64,000 nucleotides of DNA from Bispira polyomma. Lineage: Eukaryota. The notes beneath the pieces are model-generated. The model made no database searches and was not told the DNA's origin. It saw only the letters and a list, made by a program, of their open reading frames with translations. This document shows positions 25,025 to 37,676 of the stretch, one piece after another; the first letter of the stretch is position 1; each line of letters opens with the position of its first letter. The stretch covers positions 62,682,001 to 62,746,000 of the forward strand of contig OZ287752.1 in NCBI GenBank assembly GCA_965649765.1, written 5' to 3'. Position numbers and translations under genes: made by a program.

Positions 25025-25336
25025 TATAATTTTTCAATGTTCAGTACCTCAGTTGCAGCTTTCTTGATCAGGTCGAAACGAGACTTTCCTAGGTTGACCC
25101 CACCATGTAAATGTGTTACTATTGGGACGTTCCCTCAAAATGATACCACTAGACCATTCACAATCACCACAATATCCTTTCACATACTGGCCTTCACTAT
25201 TTGTGTAGTTATATGCATAGAGAATGTGATCACTCCTGGAACCAAGGTTGTTCTGCTGTACTGCCCTCAGAGATGGGATTGCTTCGTTTTTTGTATGTAT
25301 TAGATACATATGGCCATGAAAAGCACTTCCTTGCAT
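25025..25336 (-). pseudogene. IMPACT/YigZ (UPF0029)-like domain remnant, probably the C-terminus of LINE ORF1
   Basis: GSAFHGH...SDHILYAY...GYCGDCEWSSG, then frameshifted VTHLHGGVNLGKSRFDLIKKAATE, resembling the IMPACT motifs S-x-F, H..YAY, DDGE and GG..LG..RF. Confidence 0.65.
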
Positions 25337-25769
25337 CTTTTGGACATTATTAATTTAATAATTAGTAATTTTGGTCATACTCATTTAGCTATGGAAGTGT
25401 GTGTGTACGTCACTATGTCACTAAATTTTTAATCACCAATGAAAATACCTTAACTGGGCCTCTCCATATGCTGTCAATACTAAAAAAATGACATTACACT
25501 CCATTAGCATGTTTGGTTTCCAAAGTGGTAAAGAACTCTGTCCTAATCCCCTAATAAATGTTGTTTGAGGTGAGATTAAGCCCCGGTTTTGCTATGGTGG
25601 TATGGATAGGCTGTTAGAGACCTTTTGATTTCTAAAAATTAATCTTTGAAATTTGACAAATTATTTTGTCATAGTTTACACCAACTTCCCAATAAACATA
25701 TAGATGGACTTTAAAATAGCCTGAAACCTTAACTATATCCCACCCTAATTTTAGCTTCCTTATCAAACG

Positions 25770-26218
25770 TTCTACAGTCGGCCGTGAAAGTTGAAAGTTT
25801 TAAACATATTTAAAATTTTTGCTCCACCAAAGTGGTGAAAGGTGGTAAAATGCTTCTTCCCAGTTTGGGTAGTACCAAATTCTACTGTAAGTCTTCCGTC
25901 CCTGTAGTTTTGTGTTTTCCGCCCGTTTTCAACGATTTCTGCCTTTTTCCATCTATTTCTGTTTCACTACTGTAACTCTTCTCCAAGTTTCTACCTGTTT
26001 CCGCCTATTTCTGAGTTTTTCCGTTTCACTTCTATACGTCTATGATAGTAGTATTGTCTTCTCCCGTCTTTTTCCATCTGTAAATTTGATCTGGACAAGT
26101 TTCAGAGGGTGTATTTTGCATAGATAGAACAGTCGCTTTAATAGGCAGAAAGGCAAATTATGGTAACTACTGCCACCTTTTAGTACAGCCTACCAAAGCG
26201 TCTTGTGTGACTAGGGCT
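25770..26218. mobile_element. Probable Harbinger-type MITE fragment (one TIR)
   Basis: Ends in GTGTGACTAGGGCT|TTA, similar to the Harbinger TIR, and is absent from the paralogous copy near 30000. Left boundary uncertain. Confidence 0.45.
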
Positions 26219-27109
26219 TTAGCAAATTAACTTCACAGAGTTCATAAAACAAGAAGTAAAAACCCATCAGCCACAAATTATCTCCATTCAGCTTTCAGTA
26301 AAATTCTTCAGGATTTTTTGTTAGGATCCAAAAAAAATAAATAAGGCAATGTTTGCATGTTATAGAATTCTAGCTCATAATTGAAGGCTTAGTCTTGAAT
26401 AGGAACAAGAAGAATTTAAGGCTGTTATTTATTTAAAGAGTTTTTACACCTAAAATGGAAAACTGAATGCTATCACATAGAATATGAATATCATTTCCCT
26501 ACAATGTTTCTGCTATATCCACTAAGGGGCTTATGTTTTTAGATTGATCAAGTCCTTTATTTGTCAAGAGGATTACACAAAAACAACTAAACCAATTGAT
26601 ATCAAATTTAGTGGAGTGACCGAGCATGACCCCAGGAAAAGTATATTAAATTTTAGAGCAGATTTGGATAAAAGGGATCCAGTAATTTATTTTGCACCTT
26701 TGTCACTATGATATATTTGCAGAATTTATGTGCTCTACTGGATGACCTTTAAATTTTTTGCTAAAATAATGTAATCAGGGTCAGAACGATTTGTTTTATT
26801 GGAAGGTTTGCTACGACTATCCTGGTTGGGGTCAAATCCTTTTGAAAGAATTCAAATTTGGATAGGATTTAAATCCAAATCCATTTGTAATTAAAATTTC
26901 TTTGAACGGATACAATCAATACCGGATACAATATATAATGTAATAGACATACACAGAGGAATAATTATCTAGTACATACTATACTTTTAAATCTTTTATT
27001 TAAGTAAGTACTCAACTCATTTTACTGTACAATTTCATTAAACTTTTTTCATATTAAGCACAGCCAAATGTATAATTATTTGTACATCCACTAAACAATA
27101 TCAATACAA

Positions 27110-28440
27110 TGCGAGTATGTGGGATCATATATAGGTGTATAGGTGCAATTGAGGTCATTCCTTGCCCCTCCCCCAACAGTGGGTCAGTCCATTCCAAGCT
27201 TATTCATTGGTTTCTGCTCTTTTCACAAGTTTTTATAGAAAGCCATAATTATTTAAGTTATTGAAGCAGAAGCACTTAATTTTCGGAGCTTCAATACCTA
27301 TGACGGTGGCCATCTTAGATATTTTAGTGAGTTAAGTTAGATACTTTATCCATATTGTCCATAGTGCCATACTGCATGGATCTTACACCAAACCAAACTA
27401 AAATAGACCAATATCATACATGCGACGAGATGCCAAAGCAGACCTTCTCTGTAAAAATGGCCCAGGGCCGAGATGAAAGAGCAGTCTGATGACGATGATC
27501 TTTTTCGGAAGAGGGTGCATCCGTGTCCACTACACAGGCCACAGACAAACAGGAGGTAGAGTATGATGAGAGTAGCAATAGTGATATAGACTTGAGGCAA
27601 TTATGCAGAACTTTTCAGAGTTTAGTCGGCAGAGATGCTGAGTCTTTATCTTTACATGTTGCTGCATATATAAAAGAAGAAATTTCTTTTAATGCCATAC
27701 TAGAGCCATTTGTAGATAAACCTATATCACTTCACGTTTCATCTTCAATGACTCGGGAGAAAGCCAACTTTGAAACATGGTGGACCTCAGTTGGCCAGGG
27801 AGTATGACAGTAAATAATGAAGTTCATAAAAACGTGTACTGTGGGATGACCTTCATGTTGAACCACCCATCCGTCGATGATATAGTTGCTAGGTTGAAAA
27901 CTTTAGGTCCAGGAGCACGGTTATATATGGTGGACACAAGTAGAGCATTTCGTCATGTCCCAGTAGACCCGGGTAATATAAATTTTTTAGGTATCAAGCA
28001 TTGTGATAACTATTTCATAGACAAGCATGTCTCTTTCGGATTTTAGCATGGAAGTTCAATATTCCAGAGAATGTCTGATGTAATACGGTATATAATGCAC
28101 ACCAAGAACAATGTCCTCTTCACCTAAAATAATATTTGTGTGGTCTACCTTCTAATGTATATAATTCATACAACTGCTCCTTAGATTTATTTTAAGAATT
28201 AAGTCTTACTATCAGTCAGAAAAAGTTGGTAGCACCAGCTACAGTAATAACTTATCTAGGTATTCTTATTGACATGAAAACCAAAACCATTTCAATTAGT
28301 ATGGTGGCCTCTTGGGGTCAAAAAACTTTTTGCACAAAGACAGTATCAATCCCTTCTGGGCTCTCTACTGTATATAACCAAATGTATTCGCCCGACGTAA
28401 TTAAATTTAAGGTTAACTAGCAATGGTTGTTACAACTTAC
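27110..28440 (+). mobile_element. Heavily deleted YR retroelement remnant (5' UTR + RT fragment)
   Basis: VDLSWP..VN...PSVDDIV...DTSRAFRHVPVDP...FGF*HGSSIFQRMSD aligns with pol of the 37677-40439 ORF. GCCATCTTAGATATTTTA matches the 5' UTR of the 1-2197 element. Confidence 0.85.
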
Positions 28441-31400
28441 ACAGTTACTGAATGTAAATGCCTTATTGGTAATAGGATAATTAGGGAATAGATTACCTTA
28501 TACTGAGTCATGCACAAATTAGATTTAAGAGTTCGAAGTTTACTAAGTAAAGCATGATCAGATTTAATAATTCCAAAACAGTACGTCCTAAAATAAATAT
28601 GTTTCAATCATCTCTTGATATTTAATAACCCACTGACATATTGTATTTCGTCATTATATTCCCTTCATAATTACATTCTTATGTCAACCAGTTGACATAA
28701 AGGTATTTGGACATTATTTGGGACAGAACTATACAAAGCTTTCATTTCTGAGATTCTAACTAATTCTAAGAACTAATTTCTGAGAACTGCTATAACTAGT
28801 AATTTTGTTACACATTCGCAGTACAACAACATATTATTAGTTGTTACCTGTGCTACAGCCACAGGTTTTAGCAATACGTCTTGGGCAAATGAAATTTTCC
28901 AGTAAACAAATTTAAAGGAAAAGATTGATACTTTTTATAAATTAAACTTTGATTACTGTTGTAATACTAAACCTCTTTGATACGGTTTTGTAACAATTCC
29001 AAAAAAGTAAAAAGTGGCAGATGGTCATTTGTTACTATAGGTTTAATTAGTTTCATCTTCACTGACCCCAATGTTTACAAGGACAGATGCTAACTTACAT
29101 TTGTGCAGTGTATTTTCCCTTCCAGATACATTTACTTCACCATTGCCTATCACCATGTTTCTATATGGGAGCAATTACAAGAAGCTGGACCATGAGGTAA
29201 TCAGTCCAGTCCATTCTGGATTTTTGTTTTACTTTAACAAATAATTATTACAAAGACATTGCCAGTTTCATATAATATATCATTAGTTAAATTCATTTTA
29301 TTTTTTTATTGTTTGCTAAGGCATTGACTATATATAAAATATTTATAAAAATATTCAGGAAAAACTAAAACTGCGAAGTTCATTGAAAAATAAATAACAT
29401 ATCTATTATAGACCAGTTTATTGGTCATTGAAAACCAGAAGTCAGTTGATGCAGCAAGCAACAAAACTAATTAAGCATGTTACTTTTCCACTCAAAGCAT
29501 TACCAGTCCAAAAAATATTTTCATTAATAACATTCCTAGTTTTAGAATCACTGCATACATATCTCCAAGGAATGTTTACAGGACAGGTACATGTGAAAAA
29601 GCACACCCCCAAGCTATGGAGCGGAGTCCAATTAAAGCTTTCACACCTCTTTAAAATGGGAAGTCAGCACCCTTATGTCAGCTTCAATGTTACTTGTGGG
29701 GTGATGTAAAGCATCACATAGATAGAATAGGGGAGGCGACAAGATTTACAAATATATCCTCCAGACAATGTAATTCTAACCATTCTATAAACCTAATACT
29801 CATTTAATTTAATAATGGAATTTTGTTTGTATTTCTAAATTGTTAGTTACCAATAAAATATACCTACACACTGGGCCTCTTATCAATATACTTTCAACAC
29901 AAAAAATCGGTTATAATCAGTGTACATCAGCAGAGCTGGTTTCCATAGTGATATAGACCTGTGTCTTAATCCCCACATAAATGTTGTTTGAGATGACTTA
30001 GAGTAAATGTCAGAGTTGTTAAAACTTCCAGCAAAAAACCCTCTGCTAAACTTCAATTATCTCAGTTCAGCTTTGTAGAATTAGTCAAGAATTTTTGTCA
30101 GGAAAGCACAGCAAAATTTTAAATAGCGTAATGTCTGCATGTTATTGAATTCCAAACCCATAATTGAAGGCTTAGTCTTGAGTAGCAACAAGAAGAATTT
30201 AAAGCTCTTATTTATTTAAAAAGAGTTTTTATATATAACATGGAAAACTTATGAATGCTATCACATATTTGTTTCCCTACAATGTTTATGCTATGACAGT
30301 GTCACCACACTTTGTGACATCCGCCATTGAGGCTATGCTTTCACATTTGGCCGTTAGTTTGTTTGTCAATTTGATTACACAATAACAACTGATTCAAAAA
30401 TTTAAATCTAATTTAGTCGAGTGCCAGGGCATGAGCTCAGAAAGACTCCTTCACATTTAGTAACAGCTTATTTTCATGTGTTGTCACTAAGATATTCTTG
30501 GAGAAGTTTAAATTATCAGTTACATAGGAAGGTGTGTGTCTTTTTTTCAATTTCACAAAAAAAAAAATATTTTTACATAAATTTAAATAAATATCTTAAC
30601 AATTAACTATTTTGACAGTCAGCTATTACTAATATGCTTATACATCAGATATTAGAGCCAATTGAGAGATATTAAAATTATGGAAGGAAAATATGCAACT
30701 GCAAAGTGGGTTTTTTTCTGAGGATTAGTTAGCTTACTTAATGTTGACACAAAATTGCACTTTGTAACAAGTAATGCATCTGCCATGTGTTTAATTATAA
30801 TTATTAAATAGTGTATACATGTAATCTAATTATCCTTGATAGCTGCTTTATAAGAATTGTTTTTAAAGTCAGGTATAGTTTAAAATTTATGATGACGCTG
30901 ACAAAAATATAACCATTACGTCTTTTGACATATTGTAGCTTTTCATGTGAATTTCCACCTTTTTGATTATAGCTATCTTTATTTAGAGTCACTAGATTCA
31001 CTTCACTTATTATAATCGTGTTTTTGGATACCCTGTCTGTTGTTGCTGTCTTGTTAAAGCTAAAAAATGTTGGCACTCATTTTTCACTGTTTTTGCTGAA
31101 TGTGTTAATTTTATTTTAATCCTGTGCTCTTTAAATTTTCTTGATTGACCCGAAACCCACAAGCTCTAACTATCTCAGTGATCAGTGAAGCACTCACTCC
31201 CAGCTTCAAACGTATGCATATCTTGTGTTGTACCTTTCACACCTCCGTACCACACTTCTTTTATATAACAATACAGTACTACATAACATAGCTGCCCAGC
31301 CGACAAGGGCTTATAATTAACTTCAATTTGTTACATATTTCTCACTTGTATGACAGATACATTTCTATATTAGAAAATGTTTACTATATATTAAACATAA

Positions 31401-32429
31401 CTCTTTTTATGGAGATTCATCAGTGTGTATTAACACATGTGTTGCTTAGAAACAATTTAAGAGAAATCTTATTGTGCAGTTTATTATATGATGAGGCCCA
31501 AATTTAGCGAAATTAACAGTGAATACTTCTCCAGTTAGAAGGTCATTATCAGCCTATACATTTATAGTCTAGCTCTTATATAGGTAAAATTATCAATACA
31601 CTCTTTATCAGTAAAGTGTTACTTTGGGTGTGATTATGGTGTTATCAGTGAATCAACCTTTGAAGTCACTCATCACACTGAAAGACCTGAAATTTAACCC
31701 CCCCAAAAAGAGAACCACCTAAAAATATATCTTTACATCCAGCCATTGTCACCTTAAATTATGTATTTACTTTATATACATTATATCTCCCCAACTGTGA
31801 TATGTTCGACTTGCTTATATATATTGTGATAAAAGTACCTTGTGTTAATGTCAACCTACTATATTATGTGGTGTATATGTTTTTAAAATAAGCAAAAACG
31901 TTTCATTTTATGCTGTAATTAAGTCATATGATAAAGCTTTGTCATCCAAGCACCCAACATTCCAAGTAATCGTCTAAGTTAAAAGTTCGGTTGTAAAAGC
32001 TGTATATCTGCTTGAGTGGTCTGTGTAAATAACAGCAACATACAATCTTTGCTGAAGTGTATACCATAAAGAGCTAAAAACTTGCCCATCTTTAACTATT
32101 GTCCAGACTGAAATAGTTAAGGTAAACAATTGCCCATAAATAATTGAAATGCGGCTACTGTTTTTCAGGTACATTTTAAATGAAATTATATTAAGTGGGG
32201 GAAAAAATAAATTGTTCGAGGTGTAGAATTTGTTTGCTGGATATTACATTATTTACTGTAATACATGTAAACATGGTCCAACACTTCTACTTCTGAAGTA
32301 GTAACAAATCAAAGTGTACCTGTATATTCTTATCTTCTGGCACATGAAATTGGCATTAGGATACAGATAACTCTGAAGCATTACCAACTGTAATTCGAAT
32401 TAGTGTAGGTAAATTGTGGGTAAATAAGT

Positions 32430-33509
32430 ATGGAGGATATTATTTTGGTAACAGGTGCCTCTGGATATATAGCAAGTCATATTGTGAACCAGCTGCTTCA
32501 ACAAAATACAAAGGTTAGAGGCACAGTGCGTAGCCTATCTAACGAACAGAAAGTGCTGCCAATTCAACAGCTAGCCGGTGGCAAAGAAGAGCTGTTGGAA
32601 TTAGTTGAGGCTGATCTGATGGACCAAAGTTCCTGGGTCAAAGCGGTGGAAGGTTGCAAGTATGTCATACATGTGGCCAGTCCCTTTCCCGCAAGTAATC
32701 CTAAGAATGAGGATGATGTCATCAAACCGGCGGTAGAGGGCACGCTGAATGTTTTGAGAGCATGTGTGGAGGCTGGGTCTGTTGAACGAGTAGTTCTTAC
32801 CAGTTCGGATGCAGCAGTGTCTGCCAGTCAGCCGATTACTCCACACAGCATATTTTCAGAAAAGGATTGGACAGAAATAGCAGAAACTAGTAGCGCATAT
32901 GTGAAGAGCAAGACCATGGCTGAAAAAGCTGCTTGGGACTTTATGAAGAATGCTGATGGTGAGGGAAACCTTCCAAAGTTTGAACTGGCAGTAACAAACC
33001 CCGGTTTAGTTATGGGCCCTGTCCTTTGTGGAGCAGTTACAACGAGTATGGAGATTGCTAAGCAAATAATGCAACGGGAAATGCCAATGCTTCCAAAGAT
33101 CAACTTCCCAGTCGTTGATGTGAGAGATGTTTCTGCCGCTCATATTGCTGCCCTGAGTGTACCCGAGGCTGCTGGTCACAGACATTTACTGACCCACAAG
33201 AATATGTGGCTACAAGACATCGCCAAAGTGATTGATGGAGAATTCGGAAAACAGGGATACAATGTTCCCACTACAGAGGCACCGTATCCACTTTTGTGGA
33301 TTCTTGGAAGGTTTGATCCAATGGTAAAAATGTTGCTTCCGGATGTGGGAAGGGTTGTGATACATGACAACACACGGATGACTAAGGTCTTGGGTATCAG
33401 ACCTAAAGATGTAAAGGAGACATTGATTGATATGTGCTATTCTATGGTGGAAAATGGTCAAATTAAGAAGACTTTGAAATACCATCGGCCAAGCAGTAAT
33501 AATGTATAA
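32430..33509 (+). CDS. Extended SDR, NAD(P)-dependent epimerase/dehydratase family (aldehyde reductase / DFR-CCR / GRE2-like), copy 1
   Basis: TGASGYIA Rossmann motif, VRGTVRS, HVASP, TSS catalytic Ser, YVKSK (YxxxK), NPGLVMGP, VDVRDV; 359-aa uninterrupted ORF. Confidence 0.95.
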   Translation: MEDIILVTGASGYIASHIVNQLLQQNTKVRGTVRSLSNEQKVLPIQQLAGGKEELLELVEADLMDQSSWVKAVEGCKYVIHVASPFPASNPKNEDDVIKPAVEGTLNVLRACVEAGSVERVVLTSSDAAVSASQPITPHSIFSEKDWTEIAETSSAYVKSKTMAEKAAWDFMKNADGEGNLPKFELAVTNPGLVMGPVLCGAVTTSMEIAKQIMQREMPMLPKINFPVVDVRDVSAAHIAALSVPEAAGHRHLLTHKNMWLQDIAKVIDGEFGKQGYNVPTTEAPYPLLWILGRFDPMVKMLLPDVGRVVIHDNTRMTKVLGIRPKDVKETLIDMCYSMVENGQIKKTLKYHRPSSNNV

Positions 33510-34539
33510 TATGATTTCAACAATGGCTACTTCACATTAAGTTTAACCAACCACATTCCGATGTATATATATTGTAATATATTAAATAGAGAAAAAAGAT
33601 GCTGTCCTACTTGTCAAGATGATTTATAATGTATGTTAATTGCTATATGTTATGCTCTGATATTAAACAACACTATTAGAACTGTACTCATTTCAATCAA
33701 CACACATTTCGTTGATTGACTGGCTATTTATTTAGACTGAAGTGTTACAAATGTAAATAACTTGTACAGTTGTATTTGTATTCTAATGTATACATGTATA
33801 AGATATGTTTGTATAAATATCACAAATGAAGTAATTTTTCATTAGTGTGTATTTGCTTGCTTGTCAAGATTTGTCAAGCATTGTGAAATAACAAACAGTA
33901 GTTGATGAGACAATGTTAAAAAATAAAAATTGATTACAAAACGTTAGTTTAATATTGTCTTAAAAATTGAGATGTGACATGTAAAATATCATTCAAACTT
34001 TTCAAAACATTGTATAGAAATTATTAATTTTACAAAATTTTACTAGGCAAATATGTGAGCTACTAGTTTTGCATACAATAATTGCCATTCTTTTTTATAT
34101 ATGCTTTGACATAAATGGTATTCAGTGTAATAAGAGGACTTTGTAAAGGTCTACAAAAAGGAGGTAAAATATATTTGTACAGCAGTACATATATTTTGGG
34201 AGTGCAGATTCCCCCCCCCCCCCCTATTTTGGCTAAATACTAATATCATTATCACAGTAGGGTAGTGTATCTTTTGTATGTTTAACCTTTTAAAACTAAA
34301 TTGTCAGGTGTTTATTAGCAAATGTCAGTACATGTAATCATTCCAACTGGTGCTTTATGGTTATTGTAAGAAACACCATCTTCGAGTAGTTTCTATCATA
34401 TAAAACATATGGTTAGAGAATGACATCGTCTCTCCATATTAAGTATCCTTTTGAAGCCTTGTGTAAGATAAGTATAACATATTAAAATTACTCATAATTA
34501 GTTGTGTTTTTTTCATTTATTATGTAGTTTATGTTATCA

Positions 34540-35900
34540 GGCCAAATTATTGGGTAGGCGATATGAAAGAGCTAAAAGAAAGTCCCAGTTTTCAACTGAT
34601 TATGATCGGTTCAGAAAACAAACTAAATATGTTAACTTCCTGCTCAAAACTGCAAAAACAGAATTCTTTTCCGCAATACTGGAATCACAGGAAGACAAGA
34701 AGAAGCTGTTCTGATTAACAAAACAAATTCTAAACTGGTGTCCTGATCAAGTGTTGCCAGATGTACCTCATAACAAAGATTTGGCTTCCTCATGCAACTG
34801 CTTCTTTGTGGTTAAATTATCAAAATAAGAGAGGGTATCTCACTCAAGTCTCCACAAAAAGCGATGGGTCAATTCTTGCCGGATGTGGAGGAAAAGAGCT
34901 ATTTTTTTCAAAACTGGATAAATTTGGTCCGGCAGACACTGCTGAAGTGTGCAGCATCATTATGAAATCTGCTACATGTGATCTGGATGCCTTTCCCACA
35001 ACCCTCTTAAAAGAATGTATTGATGAACTGGTTTATCCTATCACTGACATTGTCAATCTGTCATTGTATGGTGCAGCTGTGTTTTCTGCAACAAAGAGGG
35101 CCATTGGCACTTCTCTGATAAAAAAATATCCCTTTGGACCCTGACAGCCTCAAAAATTACAGACCTGTGTGGAATCTTAAATTGATTTCCAAGATAGTAG
35201 AGAAAATGGTTGCCAAGGGATTATTAGCCCACTTAAACCTCAACCGTCTCTATTCCAGTTTCCAGTCTGTTTATCATGCATATCAACTGAATCAGCTCTT
35301 CCTCGAGTTCACAATGACATATCAGCTGCTTGTCACAAAAAAACATATGGTGGTTCCAGTTCTCCCAGATTTGAGTGTTGCGTTTGATACTATAGATCGC
35401 AGTATCTCACTTACTCACTCAGCTGGCCATTTTGGAATTACTGAAAATGCCCTTCAATGGGATTACTGAAAATGCCCTTCAATGGTTTTGCTCCTACCTT
35501 TCTCAGAGATCGCAAATTGTCAAAGTTGATCAGTTCTTTTCCCTACCAATTAAGCTCACATTTTGAAAGTTATTATACCGCAGCATGGCAATAACTATCA
35601 CTTTTATGATAAGGGGACTCAGCTCTACCTCAGTTTTAGACCAGGATTTGAACTCGACAAAATTTGTCATGAGTTTGAAGAATGTGTCCTTAGTAGTAAA
35701 CAATGGATGCTTGATGATGATAAGATATTGCTTCTGGGATCCTCTTATTTCCTCAAAAAGCTCCTACCCATATCATTGCACATTGGTAGCACTGTTGTAC
35801 ATAGTTCATCTAGTGCTGAAAATTTGTGTGTTTTGTTTTGTTTGATGCAGAAAAAAACATGTACATGTTTGTCCATCATTACTGTCCTTGTCCAATGATT
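34540..35900 (+). mobile_element. Decayed L2/CR1-group LINE RT fragment, present only in duplication unit 1
   Basis: KSATCDLDAFPTTLLKEC, DPDSLKNYRPVWNL, DLSVAFDTID, TQLYLSF; ~25-bp tandem duplication at 35436-35485. Confidence 0.88.
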
Positions 35901-36693
35901 TCATGCAATTAAACCTACTGTCACGTTAGAGATTTCCCTGCGGTTGTCACAGGTGCTAAAGGAATGTTGATAATACACATATACAGCTTCTAAGAGTATG
36001 CAGATTGTACTTAATTATTAGCTCTAAAAAACAACAACACCTTTACACTTGACTGACCTTACTGGCTAAGCCACCTCACACAAACATCTAATTCCTGGGG
36101 ACCAAGTATTTTTTTAAAATAATTATTGAGATCATATCTCCATATATTAACTTATTATCTAAATTTATCGAAATATAATATCGACCAGATAATATCTCAA
36201 TACATTGACTAAGTTTTTCAATATATGGAACAAAACATTTCAATATATTGAATTAGTATATCAACATATTCTGACCAATCTTTGTGAAGTTCTAGGACAT
36301 GGGCCAAGGAAAAATGTAATAATTTTAGGTGGAAAGCCTACCTCCACCTAGGCATGCCACAGAGCCCTAAAAATACATTCTTGTAGCAATGCAAAAACTA
36401 CTACCCCTATTTGGATCTCAATTTTTGACTACAGCATGGGCCAATGAATAAATCTTTATAAGTAATCTATAGGAACATAGCAGTTCTCCTGTTTGCAAAG
36501 TGAGGTAAAGATATAGAGATAAGAAGCAGATTAGGTGACCTTGTAGTAATTAAAGGTGAAGTAAATGAAATTAATAGATAGTAGTTTGAGGTTTATTTTA
36601 TATACACATTAGTAAGGTATATACAGGGTAGGTTAAAAATTTTCAAGTTTTTTTAAAATTTAAAGAGAGAATTTTAAAATATCCCAAGCCAAA

Positions 36694-37659
36694 CTAAAGG
36701 GAAGAAGGGATAGAGGAAGCAAATGCAAGGGGAATAGTTGCAGCAGCCTGAGGAGTTTTCTGAAGATAAACCCAGACTGCTGAAGATCTCCATAACCCGT
36801 GAGACATAATGTTTTGGAGAGAAACGTTATTGTTAAAAGCATAGGTAGCTCCTGACCTTCTAAATGTGTGGAAACTATGACCTTTGTGTGGTATACCTAT
36901 ATGTTGTAAAACTAAAGTTAAAGAATATCTGACATGAGTGTCTACAATGGGAACATGAGGAAAACTTGCAGTAACAAAAAGTGGAGACTCCAGAGGCAAA
37001 GACCTTGAATCTAGCAGTTTATGAAGTGCCCTGACTGGGCACAAATGTATATTCTCCAGTTGGGGTAATTGAATTACATGATGTTCTGATCTATTTTGTA
37101 GGTTCTTAGCCCATTTAAGTATTAAATGGGCTCCAGGATGGCCAAACACAACATCCTTTCTAAGGAAATGACGAGTGGGGTCAAATTTATTTCTGGAATG
37201 TGGAGCAATGTTTGAGATTCTAAGGAATCCAAAGTATGACACCAGAAATATTGCCCTATATAATGGGGGATCCCCCAGAATGTCACATGCTTTAGATATC
37301 TGTTGTAAATGTGTAATATCAAAAATACCCCTAGGTTGAGGTCTAAAAGTAGAAGAATGTGACAAACTCCTAATGAACATGGAAACTGAGGCATTTTCGA
37401 AAATATTTTGGTCCCAATATAGTTTGTTAGCTGTGAACTTTAGAGCTGATAAATGGTTGGTTAAAACATTAGGGGAAGACCCGTTTTGCACCAAGTACTC
37501 CAAAAATGCTATAACAGAATTTGTTAAAATGTCCTCTATGCCAACAAATATAAGAAAAGCAATGAAAGTTCTAAACTGTTGGTTGTATGTAGCAGTAGTC
37601 TTTGGACGTAATGCTGAAGAGACCCGTTTCCATGCAGAATTCATAAGGTGTTGATTCAC
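36694..37659 (-). CDS. Tyrosine recombinase/integrase
   Basis: FGFLRISN (R), KWAKN (K), LCPV, HTFRRSGA (HxxR), HGLWRS, VWVY (Y): full catalytic set. The called start is GTG, so the true start is uncertain. Confidence 0.95.
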   Translation of the reverse strand: MNQHLMNSAWKRVSSALRPKTTATYNQQFRTFIAFLIFVGIEDILTNSVIAFLEYLVQNGSSPNVLTNHLSALKFTANKLYWDQNIFENASVSMFIRSLSHSSTFRPQPRGIFDITHLQQISKACDILGDPPLYRAIFLVSYFGFLRISNIAPHSRNKFDPTRHFLRKDVVFGHPGAHLILKWAKNLQNRSEHHVIQLPQLENIHLCPVRALHKLLDSRSLPLESPLFVTASFPHVPIVDTHVRYSLTLVLQHIGIPHKGHSFHTFRRSGATYAFNNNVSLQNIMSHGLWRSSAVWVYLQKTPQAAATIPLAFASSIPSSL

Positions 37660-37676
37660 GGTGTTGGTTCCTACAA

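Larger units (their letters stand above)
25440..30440. repeat. Old direct duplication (25440-26640 vs 29855-30440)
   Basis: Shared blocks actgggcctct, taatcccc..ataaatgttgtttgag, cataattgaaggcttagtcttga, acaagaagaatttaa, tttccctacaatgttt. Confidence 0.8.

Noticed and set aside
32601-33485. Antisense ORFs also present at 44687-45259
   Set aside because: Shadow frames of the duplicated SDR coding sequence.
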